Shown here piece by piece: positions 34,851 to 36,289 of a stretch of 36,289 nucleotides of DNA; positions within the stretch are counted from its first letter, which is position 1, and each line of letters starts with the position of its first letter. A program made the position numbers and the translations under genes. The notes under the pieces are model-generated. The model had not been told where the DNA came from. It worked only from the letters and a program-made list of their open reading frames with translations, and did no database searches. Source of the stretch: Clostridia bacterium (GTDB lineage: Bacteria; Bacillota; Clostridia; Oscillospirales; RGIG8002); NCBI GenBank assembly GCA_017453725.1, contig JAFTEJ010000072.1, positions 1 through 36,289 on the forward strand, in the 5' to 3' direction.

Positions 34851-35858
34851 ATGAGCAGAATACACATCCCGGCGGGCTACGCCTCCGCCCTCTCCCTCTA
34901 TGAAACGCAGACCGCGATCGGACTTATCAAAAGGGTCTTTGAAGATAATCTCTGCTCCGCGCTGAATCTCAAGCGCGTTTCAGCGCCGCTTTTCGTCGAT
35001 CCCGCGACGGGGCTCAACGACGACCTCAACGGCGTCGAGCGCCCGGTGCTTTTCGATATTCCCGAAACCGGCGGACACGCCGCGGTCGTACACTCGCTCG
35101 CAAAGTGGAAGCGCCTGGCGCTTTACGAATACAGCTTCCCCGCCGACGAAGGGCTCTGCACCGATATGAACGCCATTCGCCGCGACGAGACGCTGGATAA
35201 CCTCCACTCCGTCTACACCGACCAGTGGGACTGGGAAAAGGTCATCACCCGCGAGGAAAGAAACGTCGATTACCTCAAAAACACCGTTGCCGCCGAGGTC
35301 GCCGCGATATGCGACACCCTCGATTTCATAAAATCAAAGTACCCGTCCATTACCCTGACGCTCGACCGCGAGGTCGCCTTCGTCACCACGCAGGAGCTCG
35401 AGGATATGTATCCCGATTTTACGCCGAAACAGCGTGAGAACGCCTTCCTGCGACAGCATCACACGGCTTTCATCATGCAGATAGGCGACAAACTCGCTTC
35501 CGGCGAAAAGCACGACGGACGCGCTCCCGACTACGACGACTGGAAGCTGAACGGCGATATTATGTTTTATAACCAGCTGCTCGACTGCGCGTTTGAGATT
35601 TCTTCAATGGGCATACGCGTCGACGCCGTTTCGATGGACGAGCAGCTCAAAAAGGCGAACGCCGACGAGCGCCGCCGCTTCCCCTTCCACAAAATGGTGC
35701 TCGACGGTACGCTGCCGCTGACGATAGGCGGCGGCATCGGACAGTCGCGGCTTTGTATGCTGCTGCTTGAGAAGGCGCACATCGGCGAGGTACAGGTCTC
35801 CGTATGGGACGCCGACACCGTCGCCGCATGCCGCAAGCACAGCGTAAAGCTGCTCTGA
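34851..35858 (+). CDS. asnA: Aspartate-ammonia ligase
   Basis: LNDDLNGVERPV, VHSLAKWKR, DQWDWE, HDGRAPDYDDW, TIGGGIGQSRL, HIGEVQ. Confidence 0.97.
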   Translation: MSRIHIPAGYASALSLYETQTAIGLIKRVFEDNLCSALNLKRVSAPLFVDPATGLNDDLNGVERPVLFDIPETGGHAAVVHSLAKWKRLALYEYSFPADEGLCTDMNAIRRDETLDNLHSVYTDQWDWEKVITREERNVDYLKNTVAAEVAAICDTLDFIKSKYPSITLTLDREVAFVTTQELEDMYPDFTPKQRENAFLRQHHTAFIMQIGDKLASGEKHDGRAPDYDDWKLNGDIMFYNQLLDCAFEISSMGIRVDAVSMDEQLKKANADERRRFPFHKMVLDGTLPLTIGGGIGQSRLCMLLLEKAHIGEVQVSVWDADTVAACRKHSVKLL

Positions 35859-35873
35859 CGGAAAGGAAAAACG

Positions 35874-36289
35874 ATGGATAATTACAACGACATACCCGGG
35901 CTTTTCGGCTCCAGGGTGTTCAACGATACGACGATGCGCGAACGTCTGCCTAAAGACGTTTACGACGCGCTTCACAAGGCGGTCGCCGAAGGGCGCGAGC
36001 TCGACAAGGCGGTCGCCTCCGCCGTCGCCTCCGCGAGGAAGGCTTGGGCGATCGAGAACGGCGCGACGCATTTCACGCACTGGTTCCACCCGATGACCGG
36101 CGTCACCGCCGAAAAGCACGACAGCTTCATCACTCCGCAGCCGGACGGCGGAGTAATTATGGAGTTCTCCGGCAAGGAGCTGCGCCGCGGCGAGCCGGAC
36201 GCCTCCTGCTTCCCCTCCGGCGGCCTCCGCGCCACGTTTGAGGCGAGGGGCTATACCGCGTGGGACCCGACCTCCTACGCCTTCCTGAA
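35874..36289 (+). CDS. Glutamine synthetase type III, N-terminal part, truncated by the window edge
   Basis: Translated by hand: [18 protein letters not shown]...[23 protein letters not shown]...[29 protein letters not shown]; SD GAAAGGA; starts 15 bp after the asnA stop. Confidence 0.93.
   Translation, partial: MDNYNDIPGLFGSRVFNDTTMRERLPKDVYDALHKAVAEGRELDKAVASAVASARKAWAIENGATHFTHWFHPMTGVTAEKHDSFITPQPDGGVIMEFSGKELRRGEPDASCFPSGGLRATFEARGYTAWDPTSYAFL

Overview
GC-rich DNA with Bacillota (Clostridia-like) gene content, almost all on the minus strand. The right part (17.6-36.3 kb) is housekeeping: yicC-remA-gmk-rpoZ-priA-def-fmt-Zn peptidase-rsmB-rlmN-stp-pknB, pncB-rlmH, and a divergent asnA plus type III glutamine synthetase. 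Two secreted ricin-GH16-WD40-dockerin enzymes sit inside or directly after that operon, one between priA and def and one after pknB. The left part (1-11.8 kb) is a tandem array of three related large secreted proteins with no recognisable catalytic domain. They are built from a CBM-like beta-sandwich module (four near-identical copies in one gene), FIVAR-like helices and a shared unassigned C-terminal domain. The spacers between them are packed with REP/REPIN-like palindromes, and one holds a 554-bp element with terminal inverted repeats and a self-similar nested hairpin structure (12619-13172). No transposase, rRNA, tRNA or CRISPR array was seen. All domain calls come from reading motifs by eye, not from database searches.
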